Below are positions 14,543-28,120 of a DNA stretch of 64,000 nt, in pieces. Source of the stretch: Blasia pusilla (lineage: Eukaryota); assembly GCA_050084515.1 (NCBI GenBank), contig CM114271.1:3906001-3970000 (forward strand), read 5' to 3'. The notes below the pieces were generated by a model. It saw only the letters and a list, made by a program, of their open reading frames with translations. It ran no database searches and was not told the DNA's origin. The first letter of the stretch is position 1. Every line of letters begins with the position of its first letter. The position numbers were made by a program, and so were the translations under genes.

Positions 14543-14850
14543 AACAAAACTCATTCTCCTAATGAGAGGCTTGGGTTACTCAAAAGGCAAGAAGGACCAT
14601 AGCTATGCCATCTCACGCCAAGAGGTTCAACAAAGAGAGAATGAGCTTCAAAGTTCTCTCTCTTTGGGTATACCCCTTTGCTCTCCCAAGCTCTCTCCAC
14701 GGTACCGTATGCTTGTTGGTTATCTCCTTGGCTCTTGACATGCTATAGAGAATCAAGGGTCACTTCCCAAAGTGTAAAGCCAACTATGCATATAATAAGA
14801 ACTTACTAAAAAAAAGGTTCCTCAATATAGCTCCAAATGAGCCAAAAAAA
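14539..14850. repeat. Dispersed repeat copy (same family as ~7.0-7.3 kb and ~53.05-53.39 kb)
   Basis: Shared ctcctaatgagagg...ggaccatagct...gccaagaggttcaacaaa.agagaatgagct motif. Confidence 0.75.
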
Positions 14851-15849
14851 AGGGAAAAAACTACTCTTTGAAGTTATCTGCAATCTCAACAACTCATCCT
14901 TGCCTCCCAAGGATCTTCTATGCTCTCCTTGATGACGACCTATAGATACTTGTTAATCCATTTCATGACATACTCATGAGAAGGGGTATATTTTAGATGA
15001 TTCCAATTTGGAGCTTATTTTCCTTAGATCAAAACACAATCTTGAGCTTGGATTCTCTCAAATAAGAGTGGGGTAGGATTGATTGGAGGTCACATATTTT
15101 ATTGGAGATTGTCTCTTCCTACTATAACAATGTGTCTCATTGAGTGGATGCTAGGATAAAGCATGATTGATTTTCATTTTTTATTTTATATTGGAGTGTA
15201 TCCAATCGTTCTTGTGTAGATATGCTAGGATTTATAGTTAGATGGATCTTGGACTTATATACATGAAAATCAATGTATGTTGGTAGCGACATGTATTTGC
15301 ATGCCAACTTAGAACTTGACTTTGAGGTTTTCAAAAGGCCTTTGCTTCATACTCCTTTCTTATCAGTGGGCAGACTATCATGCATGGTTTTTTAGCATCT
15401 CCACAATCGCTTTATTCCAATAAATTCAAAAAGTGGCTTTATATCTCTATATAAGTTTGTGCATATATTAAGACGAGTCGTTTGACTCATTTGTTATCCT
15501 TTATCTCTCGACTCTTGGGACATGCCATTTACTGGCTATGGATAAGCTTCCTCGTAGTGTTTGCCCATAAGCCATTGGAGAGGCATTATATCATTTATTT
15601 AGTCAATCATTTTTCTTTTAGTTTTTGCCCACTTCATCATACATATATCCTCCTTAATTTGGAGTGGCCATCCTTGTGGTTGTGAGGCAATGGTTCATGG
15701 GATATATTCCACTCACGAACAAGTGTCCAGAAAAAAAAGATTTTACTAACCTAGCTTCTTCGAACCTCCGCAACAGCGTGGAGGCAACTTTTTTTTATTT
15801 TTTCTGCTCTAACCGTTTTTCAGAGTTATTAATTCATTCGGATTGGGTA

Positions 15850-16800
15850 GCTTTTCAAGCCAATGTGCCTAATACATTCAATTCGGTTTCTTGTGCAATC
15901 ATACTCGAGGTGACCATCATACTACTTCCAAACAATACAATATTCTTCAATCAATATGTGGCACATATGAAGGTGATCCTATTTTTTTCCATTGCATATT
16001 TTTTTGCCCTTTGAGCATCAGCTCAAGCATTTTCATATTTTCTATTCTTTTCTATTATTGATGATACCTATATTATAGGTCCTTCTCAAGTTGTATCTTT
16101 AGTCTTTTTTTTAGCAACCCTTTTTCTTAAAACTTCAAGTCCGATCTAGTATATGTCAAGTATGGTCTCCTTCATTCCTTCAATTAATATTTGCCCAGTT
16201 AATCTTTATTTTACCATATGCATCAAAGGGGTTTGAGTTCATGGTGTCCCAATTAGCTTCATAAACTATGAATAGAAGTTCTTGGATGAGTTACTTTTGA
16301 AATGTATAGAAAAGCTTTATCGGCTACGTCATGTAGGGGATCCCCAATTTGCTTCTAAGATTCTTTCCCAATTTAATGTTCCTCCTAATTTCCTCCCTCC
16401 CTTCTTTGCACTTATCCCCCCACCTTAGAGTTTTTGCATCACTTGGTATCTCTCAACACTTCTAAGCTCAAAACATTCAGTCAACTTCTAGGTCTTAATA
16501 CTTCTGATGGAGATGTTGTTGTCCTGGCTTCATGACATGTTATCTTGCCTATCTATTTTGGAGGTGTGGGTCTTTCTTCCATAGTTGCATTTGTGCTAAT
16601 AATTTTTTTTCTAGGAGTTGGATTTGATCGCCCCTATTATAACCTCAAGGTTTCTCCCATAAGTTACACTTTATCTTAATGGATTATGTGACCTATCTAG
16701 AGGAAATTTATTTATTTTTCCATCAACAAGTGAGATTTTTCCATGCTCCTCTTTCACTTGCTATACAAGCAAAGCTAACCCCCCTTTCAATCAATTAAAT
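15850..16800 (+). mobile_element. Highly decayed non-LTR (CRE/RLE-type) reverse transcriptase remnant
   Basis: ANVPNTFNSVSCAIILE resembles RT motif D..NAFNSVSR..I, and LPIYFGGVGL resembles the LP...GGLGL motif. Frames are heavily broken. Confidence 0.45.
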
Positions 16801-17944
16801 GCATATGGGCTTATCAACCTCAAGATTATCTCCAAGAATTTTCTCCAAATTAAATAAAGAGCAAATTGTTTTTTGTGTTAACTTATTTCCATTTCATTTT
16901 TTTATTCCTTACCTCCTTCTCTTCTTGACCCTCCTTGTCATCGTGTGAGGTTTGTTTTCACAATTAAATAGACTTTCATTAAGTGGACTCGTGTGGTGTG
17001 TTTTTTAAGGATGGGAGTCATGCGGAAGGTACTCACTCTGATAAGGAATGTGGAAGGAGGACGGAATGAGTCTATGGAAGAAGCAAAACGGGAGAAGGAG
17101 ATTCATCGGATGGAGAAGACAAATCCCCTGTGAAGAGTTAGTCTTCTCCAGTCCATGACAACAATGTCAAGCAGCTCCTGAGAAACGAACACTTTTCCAT
17201 GCGCACAATGTGGAGTCTGGATAAGATCCAGACTGCAATCCATATAACTAACTCTTCGTGCCGGCGCTATTCGACGTGATGCATTCCAACTCGAGACAGC
17301 TGTGGAATGGGGGAATGCCATTGCCCCCTTCTTCCTTTTCTGGTCTTGTTGTTGTGGCCTTCAGGTTTTGACTCTTTCACTCTTTTGTACTTCCGATGGG
17401 TTTTATCGAAGTGCATCATTCTTCTTCTCTTGTCACAGTGGAGTCCGGAGAACGAAAGTGGAGGATCGAGTCGTTACTAGTCGCGCGCGAGGGGCGGGAG
17501 GGATAACAAGCGCGAGATTTGCCGATGGCTACTTATCCTGCTGATGACGCCATCGCTCGCCTGAGTGGTCCTCAGGAGGGGGAGGTCGGGAGGGGTTCTT
17601 GAAGTCGCGATCAGTGTCGATGTTTACTTAAGTGAACACACACTTTTGGCTTCCAGAGAAGAGGACGAGCGTTCGAATGATTTACGGTTGTTACGCGTGT
17701 GTGGTCCTGGTGTCCTGGACTCTGGGGGCGCCTTTGTTCGCGTACTCTTCTCTTTGGGTTCAGGTCTCGCACGCCGCTGAGAAAGAGTCGGTGGAGTTAG
17801 GTCGGAGTTCATCGGACGAGGAGAGATGCTCGCCATAGCCCAGTCGCGCAAGCGCAAGCGCATTCCTCACACGTTACGCTCGTAGACGGCTTCCGACGTG
17901 GAACGACGATTGGATCGTTCAGGGATGGAGCCACTTGCGAACAT

Positions 17945-17996
17945 TGTTGGGATCCCTACCAAGTGCATACGTTACTACTTGGTAGGGATCTCAATA
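17945..17996 (+). other. Isolated 21-bp stem-loop (candidate small-RNA precursor)
   Basis: tgttgggatccctaccaagtg pairs with tacttggtagggatctcaata (18 Watson-Crick pairs and 3 G:U on the + strand) around a 10-nt loop. Confidence 0.5.
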
Positions 17997-19018
17997 TAGT
18001 GACACCGAAAAAACGAATCTGCCTTCGAGAAGCAAAAGAAATGCCCTATGAGCAGGTCTTTCTCCCGCGTTTAGGTGCGCTGACTTACGAACCGCTCCTT
18101 GTTGTATAGAATTGTAATCATATCTGATCCGCAAGGCTGATGGCAGAGGTGGTCGAGACTAGACTTCTTTCGGCCTGCAGTGGTTGACGCTCACAGTGTG
18201 AATGTGTCGAGGTGGGAGTCTTTCTACAAACAAACTAATAAGCTCACCTGAATATCTTAGAAAAGCTACAGATTTCAAGAAAAAAACCAAACTTGCGAAT
18301 CGTGCTGCTTCGTGGACGGTAATCTGTCTCGACAAATTCTTCCCTTGATACCCTACTAAAACCGACGGAGTACCATTTAAAGCGCAGTTTCTTAACAAGT
18401 CTTTGTTCTATGTTTGGGCAGAGTGAGAACGAACCTGAGGTGACCCTGTCCAGGCATACAACAAAGAATTGGAGAGGACTTCAGGTGAACAAAACCTCCA
18501 GATGAAAGCTAAAGTAACCAATGTGCCATACACGAAATCCAATGCACACGTAAGGCTACTACTGCTATGGCACGCACGCTGTTTCAGAGAATCGTGGTGA
18601 GAGGGATCCTGATGCACGATTCGCTTACGCCTTTCGACGACGAATGGAAATGCAGTGTGAATTGAGTGACTCGTGAGTCCGGCTAGTGGCGATCATTACA
18701 TTATCCACCTAATCTTCTACCAAGACTGTTTATGTACAACTCTGCTGCAAGCACGCTGACTTGCTATGCGCTTCAAAACTGGATTGGCCAACCTTTCTAA
18801 GCGCTGCCGCATCTGGGCTTGAGAGCAGCAACGGCGTGCGGCCTGAAAGAGATAGCCCTGTCCCCCGCTAGTTGAGGAAATTGTCCTCAGGAATGGTAAA
18901 TTAAAGTCTACTGATCGCCTCTCCAAATGTTGCATGGCTCATACCTTAAGATCCAGACTAGAATTGACATGTCCTTCAAGCGCACAGATAGATAGATTCA
19001 GGATTCAACTCAGCGGCA

Positions 19019-22000
19019 CTACGGATTGATTTTTCCCAACCTTACCCAATGCTCGATTGATGGAATCTCTAAACCTAGCCGTGTACAGTGGCGAGCTACA
19101 TCCTGAGCCACACCAAGAAGTTCTTCTTCTCGTTCTTTGACGACTTCCTGCAGGATTTTCACCTTGTCTTCAGCGGCTGGCATACTAACCGCAACGTCAT
19201 TCTGGAGATTGTTCACGACACTAAGCAGGTCATTGACTTCTTTGTCAGAAGAACCAGCGCTCCCATTTGCGCTAACAGAGCTCCGTCTGTTCGCCCGCAT
19301 CATCACAAACGTTTTCGTGTTGTCATACTCATTGTCCGTGTCCACAACTCGCTTTCCGACACCTTTGCCTTCATTGTCTTTCTCAAATAGCTCCAAGTTA
19401 ATGCGTTGGACTAGGGCCTCCTGAAACACGTCTTGTAGAACCTTATCCAGAGGATCCAGATAAATGAAAAGAAGTTGCTCCCAACAGCGCCCGAATTGCA
19501 ACTTGCTAATTCTTAGATGTTTCCGGCCCTCCTCCACCAAATGAGCAGGAGGGGCAAGGATGTTCTTCTCTTTCGCTCCTCGTCCCGAATGTTGAAAGGT
19601 TCCATTGAGATCACCATTAGTAGAACCGGCTTCGTGACCGGACACTTCGCTTGCGATTGTTGCCTTTTGTGCGTAAAGTCTCTGCATGCCGTCATTTATA
19701 GCAGTGCTCATAGAAGGTGTAGAGAGCATACGAAGCACATCCATAGTGTCACGCAGTTTCTGCAGACTCATTGACGGTTCCTCCATTGTTACATCATAGC
19801 AACCCCTTTGACCTGCAGTTGAGTTGATGGTTTCCAGCAAGTGAAGGCCAAAGCCCTTGCCTTGATAGGGTGGCAGCACCAATATCTGCAATTAACGTCC
19901 GACAGAGGCACGTATGACTGTCCGTCCCCCCAATCCCATCACCGAGAAAAACAGGAGCTGGACACCTAGATATTAGTTAAGCTGGACCTTGGTCCCTGTA
20001 TACTTGGTCGGCAAGCCGTCACGGAGGAATTACCTGACTTATTCGCAGTCTTGTGCTATCCGGATAGTGAAAGAAGCGGTATACGTTGCAGAAGCCAACG
20101 ACTCTCTTGTGATCCCCTTCTCCTTCCAGAGCAAGGTATACTTCCCACAGAGGATCATCACTTTCTATCGGCCGAGCACCTGTACAGCTTGGAGAATGTG
20201 AGTGTTTAAAAGCCAGTTTAGTACTACGACCGCTCATCTCGCACTGCTTGACACCTGTGAGAGACAAGATACTCGGAGCACTTGCTGGACGATTTCGGCT
20301 TCACTGCTGGATCAAATGTGGTGACTAGATGTACAATGTCGAGTCACGCAGCTTCAATAGTTGTACAGCAAGATAAAATCCCAGGTACCCATATTAACGA
20401 AGGAAGGAAGATGCACTCTAATTGAAAGAGTTCTTACCTTCGATATAAAGGAGAGCAAGAGGAGTCAGACGAGCATGCCAGGCCCTTACTTCATCATTGC
20501 TCAACTCCATTCGCAAGATCTGGAAGAAGGTTGGATAGGAAGTCGCAACTGTCAAAACATTGATACCAGACAAATATCATGTGACTCCTAGGCAGAAGAC
20601 TACGAAGAGTCCATACACCCTATTTTCAACAAGTCTTGGGCTTCTCCTGTATGGGTCAAAGGCACTCTGGATCAGAGATGGGAGTGGGAAGCTCTAGATT
20701 CATTCTGACGAAAAATAATATTCCTGCTCCACGCAACTCTCAGGGATACCAACACAAAATTTCACACCTTTGGATCACTGTCTATCATCGGTGCGAGAAT
20801 TGGAGAATGTGCAATCCTCCTCGATTTTATAATGTACCTACAGTCATGGGGTGGGGTGCAAAGACCCCACGACTAGCATCTAAGTGTTCTGACTGCATGA
20901 TATGATGTCAATAAGGACCTGTCCAAGTCTTGAAGAAGTTTCCACTTTGCTCTCTCTATCAATAGTCTCTCCATCAGCAGGTAGAGCACCATCAGTGTCA
21001 CATCTCCATGTTGATAGAACCTCTCCATGCTGTTTGATCATTTCTCTGGGATTCAACAAAAGACGTCAAAATATTGCTGGCAGTATAAGTTATAGAACCT
21101 TCCACCTGATAGACAACAAGGTCCGAAAAGAAGCACCTTTAGACAAGCAAACACTCTAAGTAGATCAATCTAGGAAAATTAAGCTGCAGATCAGGGTTGC
21201 GATACAGAAAAGACAGGTTCCTTACTCGAAGCCTTGGGAATACGAAGGTAAGCTATTAACAAATGCATCTCGATCATCAGTTAAACCGTCTCCAAACGCT
21301 TCCTGCCAGGCATCAACAAAGGACAACGGAATAAAGCCCCACCTATTGAGACGGTATCCAACCAGAAAGAAGTTCCACTATACTCACTCTGAAAAGCAGT
21401 ACATACCTTCAACTTCACGAGAATATCTGTAGCAGGCTTCTTCCCCAACTCACTCTGAAAGATGAGTATGAGTCATTGTCAGTGGACGAGGATGACACCA
21501 CAAGATTGAATGATGATCAATTAGTTGCCTTATGCAGATATGCACCTCTCCCGTAGTTTCATCAATTTCTTCACACTTCACGATAGTATATCATCTGAGT
21601 TTCTGTAAAAGCAAGACACAAAATCTGGAGATTAAATCTCATACCTTTGAGTCATACCGTATTTGCACATAGGTATGGAATGTCAGAGCGTGCAGCCACA
21701 AATCAATCTGCCGTGACAATTCAGTCGAGGTGTCAGCTTGTCAGCAGTTGATCCAAAACTCTGGTCAAGGACAGGACACCTTCTCCCTCGAGTAGGAATG
21801 ATAACCGACTTCATAGCAGGCTTGGGAGTTTATCAGGAAGAAGTCCTACACTAACTTGCTCAACATACGATCCTATCCAGACCTCACATTTCCAAGAAAC
21901 CCAAGTAAAGCGGCTTCTATATTTCTAGTCCTTGTTACCATTGTGAAGCCAGGTAACCTAGTAAGCAAGGTAACATCGTCTACAGAATGGAATTCTGTGG

Positions 22001-23890
22001 GACACTCACAGTAAGGCCCTTGTAGCCAAAGATAAGACCCTCTTCTCCCTCTTCCCCGCAAAAGATTCGTTCTGCAAACTCTGGATCAAAAGTATTTTCC
22101 TCGTCTTCATCACCAGCTTCTAAGTCCTGGGCAGTGAAAACTACAACCAACAAATGGCACCTCAGAAGGGAACCACACTTTAATTATGCGATAAACCGTA
22201 AAGCTTCGCAGAGGTCACAAAACCACATCCACATGAACAGGACATTGGTAAAAACCAAGTGTTCGATTTTAAAAACGAATCAAAACGCATTCACTGCAGC
22301 ATACATTCAAGGGGCAGAAATTAGCGTAGACCAATTTCTGGGTCATCAGGGCTTTGAAGATTCCATAACTTGAAATCTTGAACACCTACCAACGTGCAAC
22401 CTCATACAGTCATTGGCACTGCAGGAAACTGGAACGGAATCTGCACATTCCAGACCTAAGCTTCAGATTTCAAGTCTAAAATTCTGACATCCAACATTCA
22501 CATCCTGCCCAGAGATGCTAGAGCAAACTTAATGTAGTTCTCCCAGGAAACCAAACTGTAATTCCTCTCCTGCGGTAAGACATAAGGAAAGTTTAAATGA
22601 CATTAAAATGACTTCAAAACTACTATAGTACTCAAAAATGCTGAAAGAAGGCAAATACACGTGAACTTTAGTTTCGCGGACAGCTTGCAAAGACATTTGG
22701 GCAGTATATTTCATACCAACATTCGGAGCACACTAATAGAAATAAGCTATTTTCCCCCATACAAGTTCTTATTGCAAATTTCTCCATTCCATCGTTACAG
22801 TGATCTACAACTAAGTGAAACAAAGTCATCAGCTACGTTAACAATTCAGCTCAGGTCTTTGGGCTGCTCATGACATTTGCACGTCAAGAAGACCATACAT
22901 CACAACTGAGAGAAAGAGACACAAAGAATCAATTTCTATACGCGAACGATCAGCCAGCCACCAATAAACGGAAAAAAATGGGCTCCCAACGTATTTAGCC
23001 GTATAGGCAGTTCTTCGCAAGGCTCCGCTTGCCTATCGGGCGCCGAGCAAAGCGAAAGAGAGGTCAACTTCAACGACAGTGGGAGCCAGGATTGGCCATA
23101 CCGGGACTACAACGCGGGCAACCAGCAAAACAGACAACATCATGAGAGGAAGGGGGGATATAATGTGGTAGTCATGTGGACCATCTTCATCTCAAATTAC
23201 AGAATCTTTCCAAATGAACAAGAAAGAATCTTCACCTCTCGTCGTCACCGTGTCTTCATGCACAACAAGAATTCTCCACTACATCAGGAAAAGTGATGGA
23301 CACTGACGAACTAGTGGAGATGCCAGCTCAAAAGATAAGCTACATGCGTGAGGATCTCGACGCAGAGGTGGCAGGAGGAAGAAAATGAAAAGGCAAGGCT
23401 TCCACAAACTCCTGGACGCACCACACCATAAAGGTGCGAACTAAACAGCTTCGAGGGCTGTAAGATTTCCAGAATGTGGTGTGCAAGCGGGGGGAGGGGA
23501 ACGTAGGGATGTCGTTCAGTAAACTCGGCACAATTAAGTTTTCGATTCTAGTTACAATCACGAAAGACCCGGAGCGTAACCTCGCAGAAACCTGAGCATG
23601 GGGTGTGACTAGCAATTCCACAACATTAGCAAAATGAAAGAAGGGGAAAAACAAATATTCTCCATCAGCTCACATTCAGGCGGGGCAATCAGAGCAAGGC
23701 TGAACTGCTGTCAATTACTCGCACCACTTCCATTCCCAAAAGATCCTATCCCCTGACAGAAAAAAAAAAAACAACGTAAATTACATCCAGAGCCAGAAAA
23801 TTTGCCTGCAGAGAATCCAACTTTGCGACGCTTCACTGGCTCCCCACCACCATCACCGATCGCCGCTTTCAGCTTGCCTTTGGACGCCAT
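19019..23890 (-). CDS. HAT1: Histone acetyltransferase type B catalytic subunit (HAT1/HAG2), multi-exon
   Basis: Exon 1 23890-23806 MASKGKLK...EPVKRRKVGFSA; exon 2 22440-22390 DSVPVSCSANDCMRLHV; ~22.1 kb exon with FAGKRKRGSYLWLQGP in the ORF-track frame and GEEGKIYGYKGL-like sequence in the coding frame; exon ~20.1 kb GARPIESDDPLWEVYL...VGFCNVYRFFHYPDSTRLRISQ; last exon ILVLPPYQGKGFG (GNAT acetyl-CoA motif A)...YDVTMEEPS to the stop at 19019. Internal exon boundaries are approximate. Confidence 0.93.
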
Positions 23891-24910
23891 TCTTCGCCGG
23901 TCCAATTCCCTCCTCCTGCAGCAGCACCAGCAGTGGCTGCGGCGTTCGTCTCCGTTCCGAGTTCCGAAAGAATTGAAACCACTGCACGCACCACCCGAAC
24001 GCACAGCGATTCCCGCGCAACTGCGACGCGATTGATTGTTGTCACCGAGAAAGACGAAACTGGCCGTGCAATAGCGTCGATCCCCGGGCGCCAAAACCCC
24101 GCCCAAAGAAGAGGGAGGAAGCAGTGTGATCAATTGAAACAGGACAAGGAGAAAAGGAGCTCACGAAGGTAACCGCCATAGTTGCTGCACTCCACGGACC
24201 GAAACGAAGAGTTCTACGTAGTTGACTTGGTTACTGGCTTGTAAACCCTAAAGGCATGGTTCCAGTTTGAACACTCCACGTGTCAACCAGGAGTCATGAC
24301 GTGTGTTTTTCCCATCCCGAATTAGGTTTTATGGTTTGCCCGTTGGCATGTGTTTTTTCTTGGATCCCGACTTTGATAAACATCTTCTTCACCTTTCATA
24401 AAAACTATTTTCACTAATCTCATTCAATCACTCTCAAAAAAGTAATCCTGTGCAAAATCACTCTCTAAATATTTCCTTTCATTTTGAGTATACAACAATA
24501 TGTCTATTTTGCATGTTGGATGCTAATTCCTTCATAAAATAAAAAGGTAAAATTTGGAAATTGTTTAAAACTCGGCAAAACCAAGAACTTGACCTAACCA
24601 AATCTCATATATATGTATTTTTTGAGAAACCCCATTTTTTATTTTCTAAGTACTTTAAAAAATGCACAAAAATTTGTAAGAGTGCAAGTGTCGAACGGAC
24701 ATCCAAAATCTGACAATATTAGCAACACAAGTATCACACATATCAATTTTGAATCAATTCTTAGTTTTCTTCGTGCAATTAATTGTATATACATTCCAAA
24801 TTTCCGTACTTGTATGATAGTTGCAATCTAAATGTCATATTTGTCGACGAGGTATTCAACTTGCATTCAAAGATCTTCTCGATTGAAGTGGATTTAGTAA
24901 TATTTAAATA

Positions 24911-25101
24911 CTAGTTGGTGCCCGTGCAATGCACGGATATATAATTTTGAATTACCCATGCTAAGTGTATAATTGAATTTGAGCCATCCTATTGGCTTAG
25001 ACAGCGAGCGATTCTGTTGGCTAAAAAAGACATGTGTCAAAAAGAGAGATGATCAAAACAAAAGGCACTCTCCAATAATGATATAAATATATATATAGAG
25101 A
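24911..25101 (-). mobile_element. Small non-autonomous Helitron
   Basis: The minus-strand 3' end CCGTGCATTGCACGGgcaccaaCTAG|T has the subterminal hairpin plus CTAG. The likely 5' end TCTCTATATATATAT is at ~25101; that boundary is less certain. Confidence 0.7.
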
Positions 25102-25839
25102 CTAGAAGAGAAGAAAATTTGACAAGGCTTCATGAAAGCTTACACAATTTTTCCGGTTCACTAATTTTACATCAGGTTTTCTCTCATCTCCTCGATTTTA
25201 GGATTTTCCTTCCACCTGTCTCCACGGATTTTTTTAACAAGTTCAGTTATAAGTTGGGATATTTTTTAATAAATCAGTTCTTTCATTGGCATTTCCTATC
25301 TATTTGGTTTTTTTTTAGAGTTCATTGGCATTTCTTGTCATTTTTCGCACTCATCAATTTTTCTCTTGTATTCCTAGTGGTGCCTTCAACTCATCAGTTA
25401 ATGCTTGTATTTCTAGTTTTCTTGCACTTACAAGTTTTTCCTTATGAAATATCTTTTTTCTTTATCTCTAGTAGGATTTGAGCTCGAAAATCCCGCCTTT
25501 TGGGACATGAGGTACTAACAACCTCTTATATAAAGGCATGCAATGATAGCCTTTGTTTAAAACATTACATCTAATAGAAAGCTTGCAAAAAAAGCATTTG
25601 ACAATGATATAAGAATATCTAAGGAGCAAAGAAAAATTAAAGAAGAAGGGTCATCTGAGGATATATTTTGGGATGGCCTCTTGTTACCAAGATTGTTACC
25701 TTCATATAGCACGATTATATTTTCTAATAATCGAGGACGAGTACAATTGAGAGGTAACATACAAGTATACACATAAACTTCTTAGATCATTTCTACACAT
25801 CTTTGGATTTTAATAAAAACATCATCACATTCACTTTTC

Positions 25840-27200
25840 TTAAAAAAGATCTTCCATGTTGACTCTCATAAGTGCATCCAAATAGTTAGAACCCAAAACA
25901 TTCTTAAGCCTTGTTTTAATCACAATATGAATACTAGAGTCCCTCTCACATGTGGATGTACTTAGATATTGCACACTAATTATGTTATCTAATATTAGAA
26001 AATTAATATACCTCATACTCGAAGAAGGACTATAATTAATCATGGGCCATAAGTCCTTAAAAGATCTATCTTTCCATTGTGTTGAGGCCTACATCTCGAA
26101 TATCAAGAACTCATTTTTAATGGTTGCACCATCCAACGATGGCTTCTTTAACCTTCCATGTGAAGGCTTCTCTTCACCGTCAAATGAAACCAACATTTTT
26201 ATCTCTTTTATATCCCAATCTTTCAAGCCATCCATATGGGATGGCATATGAAGGGGATTAAGGATATTCATTCCTCCAACTAAGTCACTTTCCTCAAATC
26301 TGTCTCATAAGGCTACACATATTACTTCAAAAAACCTACTTTGGAAGAATAATGGATGCTCTATATCCTTACACAATACTTCCTTCGCCACTTGGATGGA
26401 GTGGAAGAAACACTCCCTAATTTCAAATTGTAGAGGCTTCAGATATCCATTTCGATACCTATAATTTGGAATCGGATGGAAACCATAATAGTCAGATACT
26501 AGTCGAGCATTCATAGCTACATTTTCATGAATGTAATTCATCCGAATATATGCAATCTTATTTTTAATAATGAAAGCCACATGTAAAATATCTATAAATT
26601 TCTTGTGGAATATATGCGTTGAAAATGGCCATATGATGCAATATGCCCTCCAAAAAGTAAAGATAAGAAATTATTTTAAACCAGTGTGTGGCCCTTTGAG
26701 AGGGTTGAGGGAAGAAAGTAAATACACACACGTGGTGGACACGTGGACAACCTAGATGTTGAGAAAAAAATGACAAGTATATTTAAGGGTTGTAATGATC
26801 TCTAGTTCTGAATTAAAGAATTTTTCATTCCATCATCTTCCCTATGATCAATCTTTTGGAAGAAAACTAATAAAGACTCCAACTACACTGTCCCAAAATG
26901 TTGTTATTTCTTGCCACTTGCTAAGTAATCTAATCTTATGACAACAATTCATATACTTCCAAGAATCATTGAACTTTATTTGGATAGACTTTCTTAGAGA
27001 ACTTATATTAAAGTAAAATACGAATTAATTTAGAGGATTATCCACTTTGTTACTAATTTCCATACAATGACTTTTAGTTCCATCAAGGGAAACTAGATTA
27101 GTCTTATGTGCCACATAATTCAACATAGATTTATGATGCTATACATGTGCCAACGTAGAACATCAAAATTCTAGTGGGCTCACACTAAGAATCTAAGATG
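25840..27200 (-). mobile_element. Decayed hAT transposase (ZNF862-like) remnant
   Basis: STSTCERDSSIHIVIKTRLKNVLGSNYLDALMRV matches the hAT C-terminal dimerisation consensus (S...CERGFS....IKTK.RN.L....LDALMR). Upstream frames are broken and the boundaries are approximate. Confidence 0.65.
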
Positions 27201-27279
27201 GAAAGACGTCAAAGTCTCGTGAAATAGACATGAATTGCAAAAATGAGACGTGAGCATTGATGGATGTCTTGGATAATGA

Positions 27280-28120
27280 TGGTTACGACTTGCAAAAGCA
27301 TGATCAAACATTATGAGGGAACTTGGGAAGAGTTCAAGCTCACACAAGAGTTGGATTCCAAGAAGATTGGAACCAAGCTCGGAGCTTGACTAAGTGTTTT
27401 GGCATTTTCCGTGTTTGAAGTCATAATCATTATCCATGATTTATTTGGAATAAATAAGATGTCGGTGAAAAGCTTATGAGAAATTGGTTCCAACGCACCA
27501 AAGATTTAGATAAACCATGAGTGGAGGTTCTCCAAGAGGCTCAAAATTATCAAAAAGATGGTTTGGATTGAGGCCATAAGAAGTGGCCCAAAGAGAGTTT
27601 TCTTGGGCAAAGGGAAAGGGAGGGTTTCTCTAGAACTCTACATCAAGGGGAGAGGATCCAAGGCACTTTGGAATATAAAGCCCACCTTGGGAACTATGGG
27701 GGTTGAACCAAGGGAAGGGATGGAGTAAGAGGTTGGTATTGGAGTTTTGACACTTAGCCAAGTCCAAGTAAGTTAGTTTTAGATCCCAATCTTGGACCTT
27801 GATTCAAGGCTCAGATCTTGAGTTGTGATTAGAGATTTGATCGAGGTCCATTAGGCAGTTGGGACCACAAGGTATGGTTGACTGACTTGCTTGTATTGGG
27901 GAGTGAGGGATGAGATCAATGTCTGACCTCATCTAAATCTTCCGAGCTTGAGGGATTACCCAAGACCAACGCCGGGATTGGAAACTCAAGTTTGGTTGAC
28001 CCAAACTTTGGTTAATGTGAGTGTAATTGGGTGCAAATTAGTAATGAGAGCGTAACTTGCTGAATGCAAGCTTCCGTAACATATAAGACCGAAGTTCAAG
28101 CTTAAGGGAGTAGATGCACA
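27280..28120 (+). mobile_element. Diverged LTR remnant related to the LTR at 49391-50296
   Basis: taatgtgagtgtaattgggtgcaaattagtaatgagag...ctgaatgcaagcttccgtaaca (~28013) aligns with taacgtgagtgtgtttgggtgcaaattggcaatgagag...ctgaacgtacactttcgcaaca (~50191). No TSD found. Confidence 0.5.
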
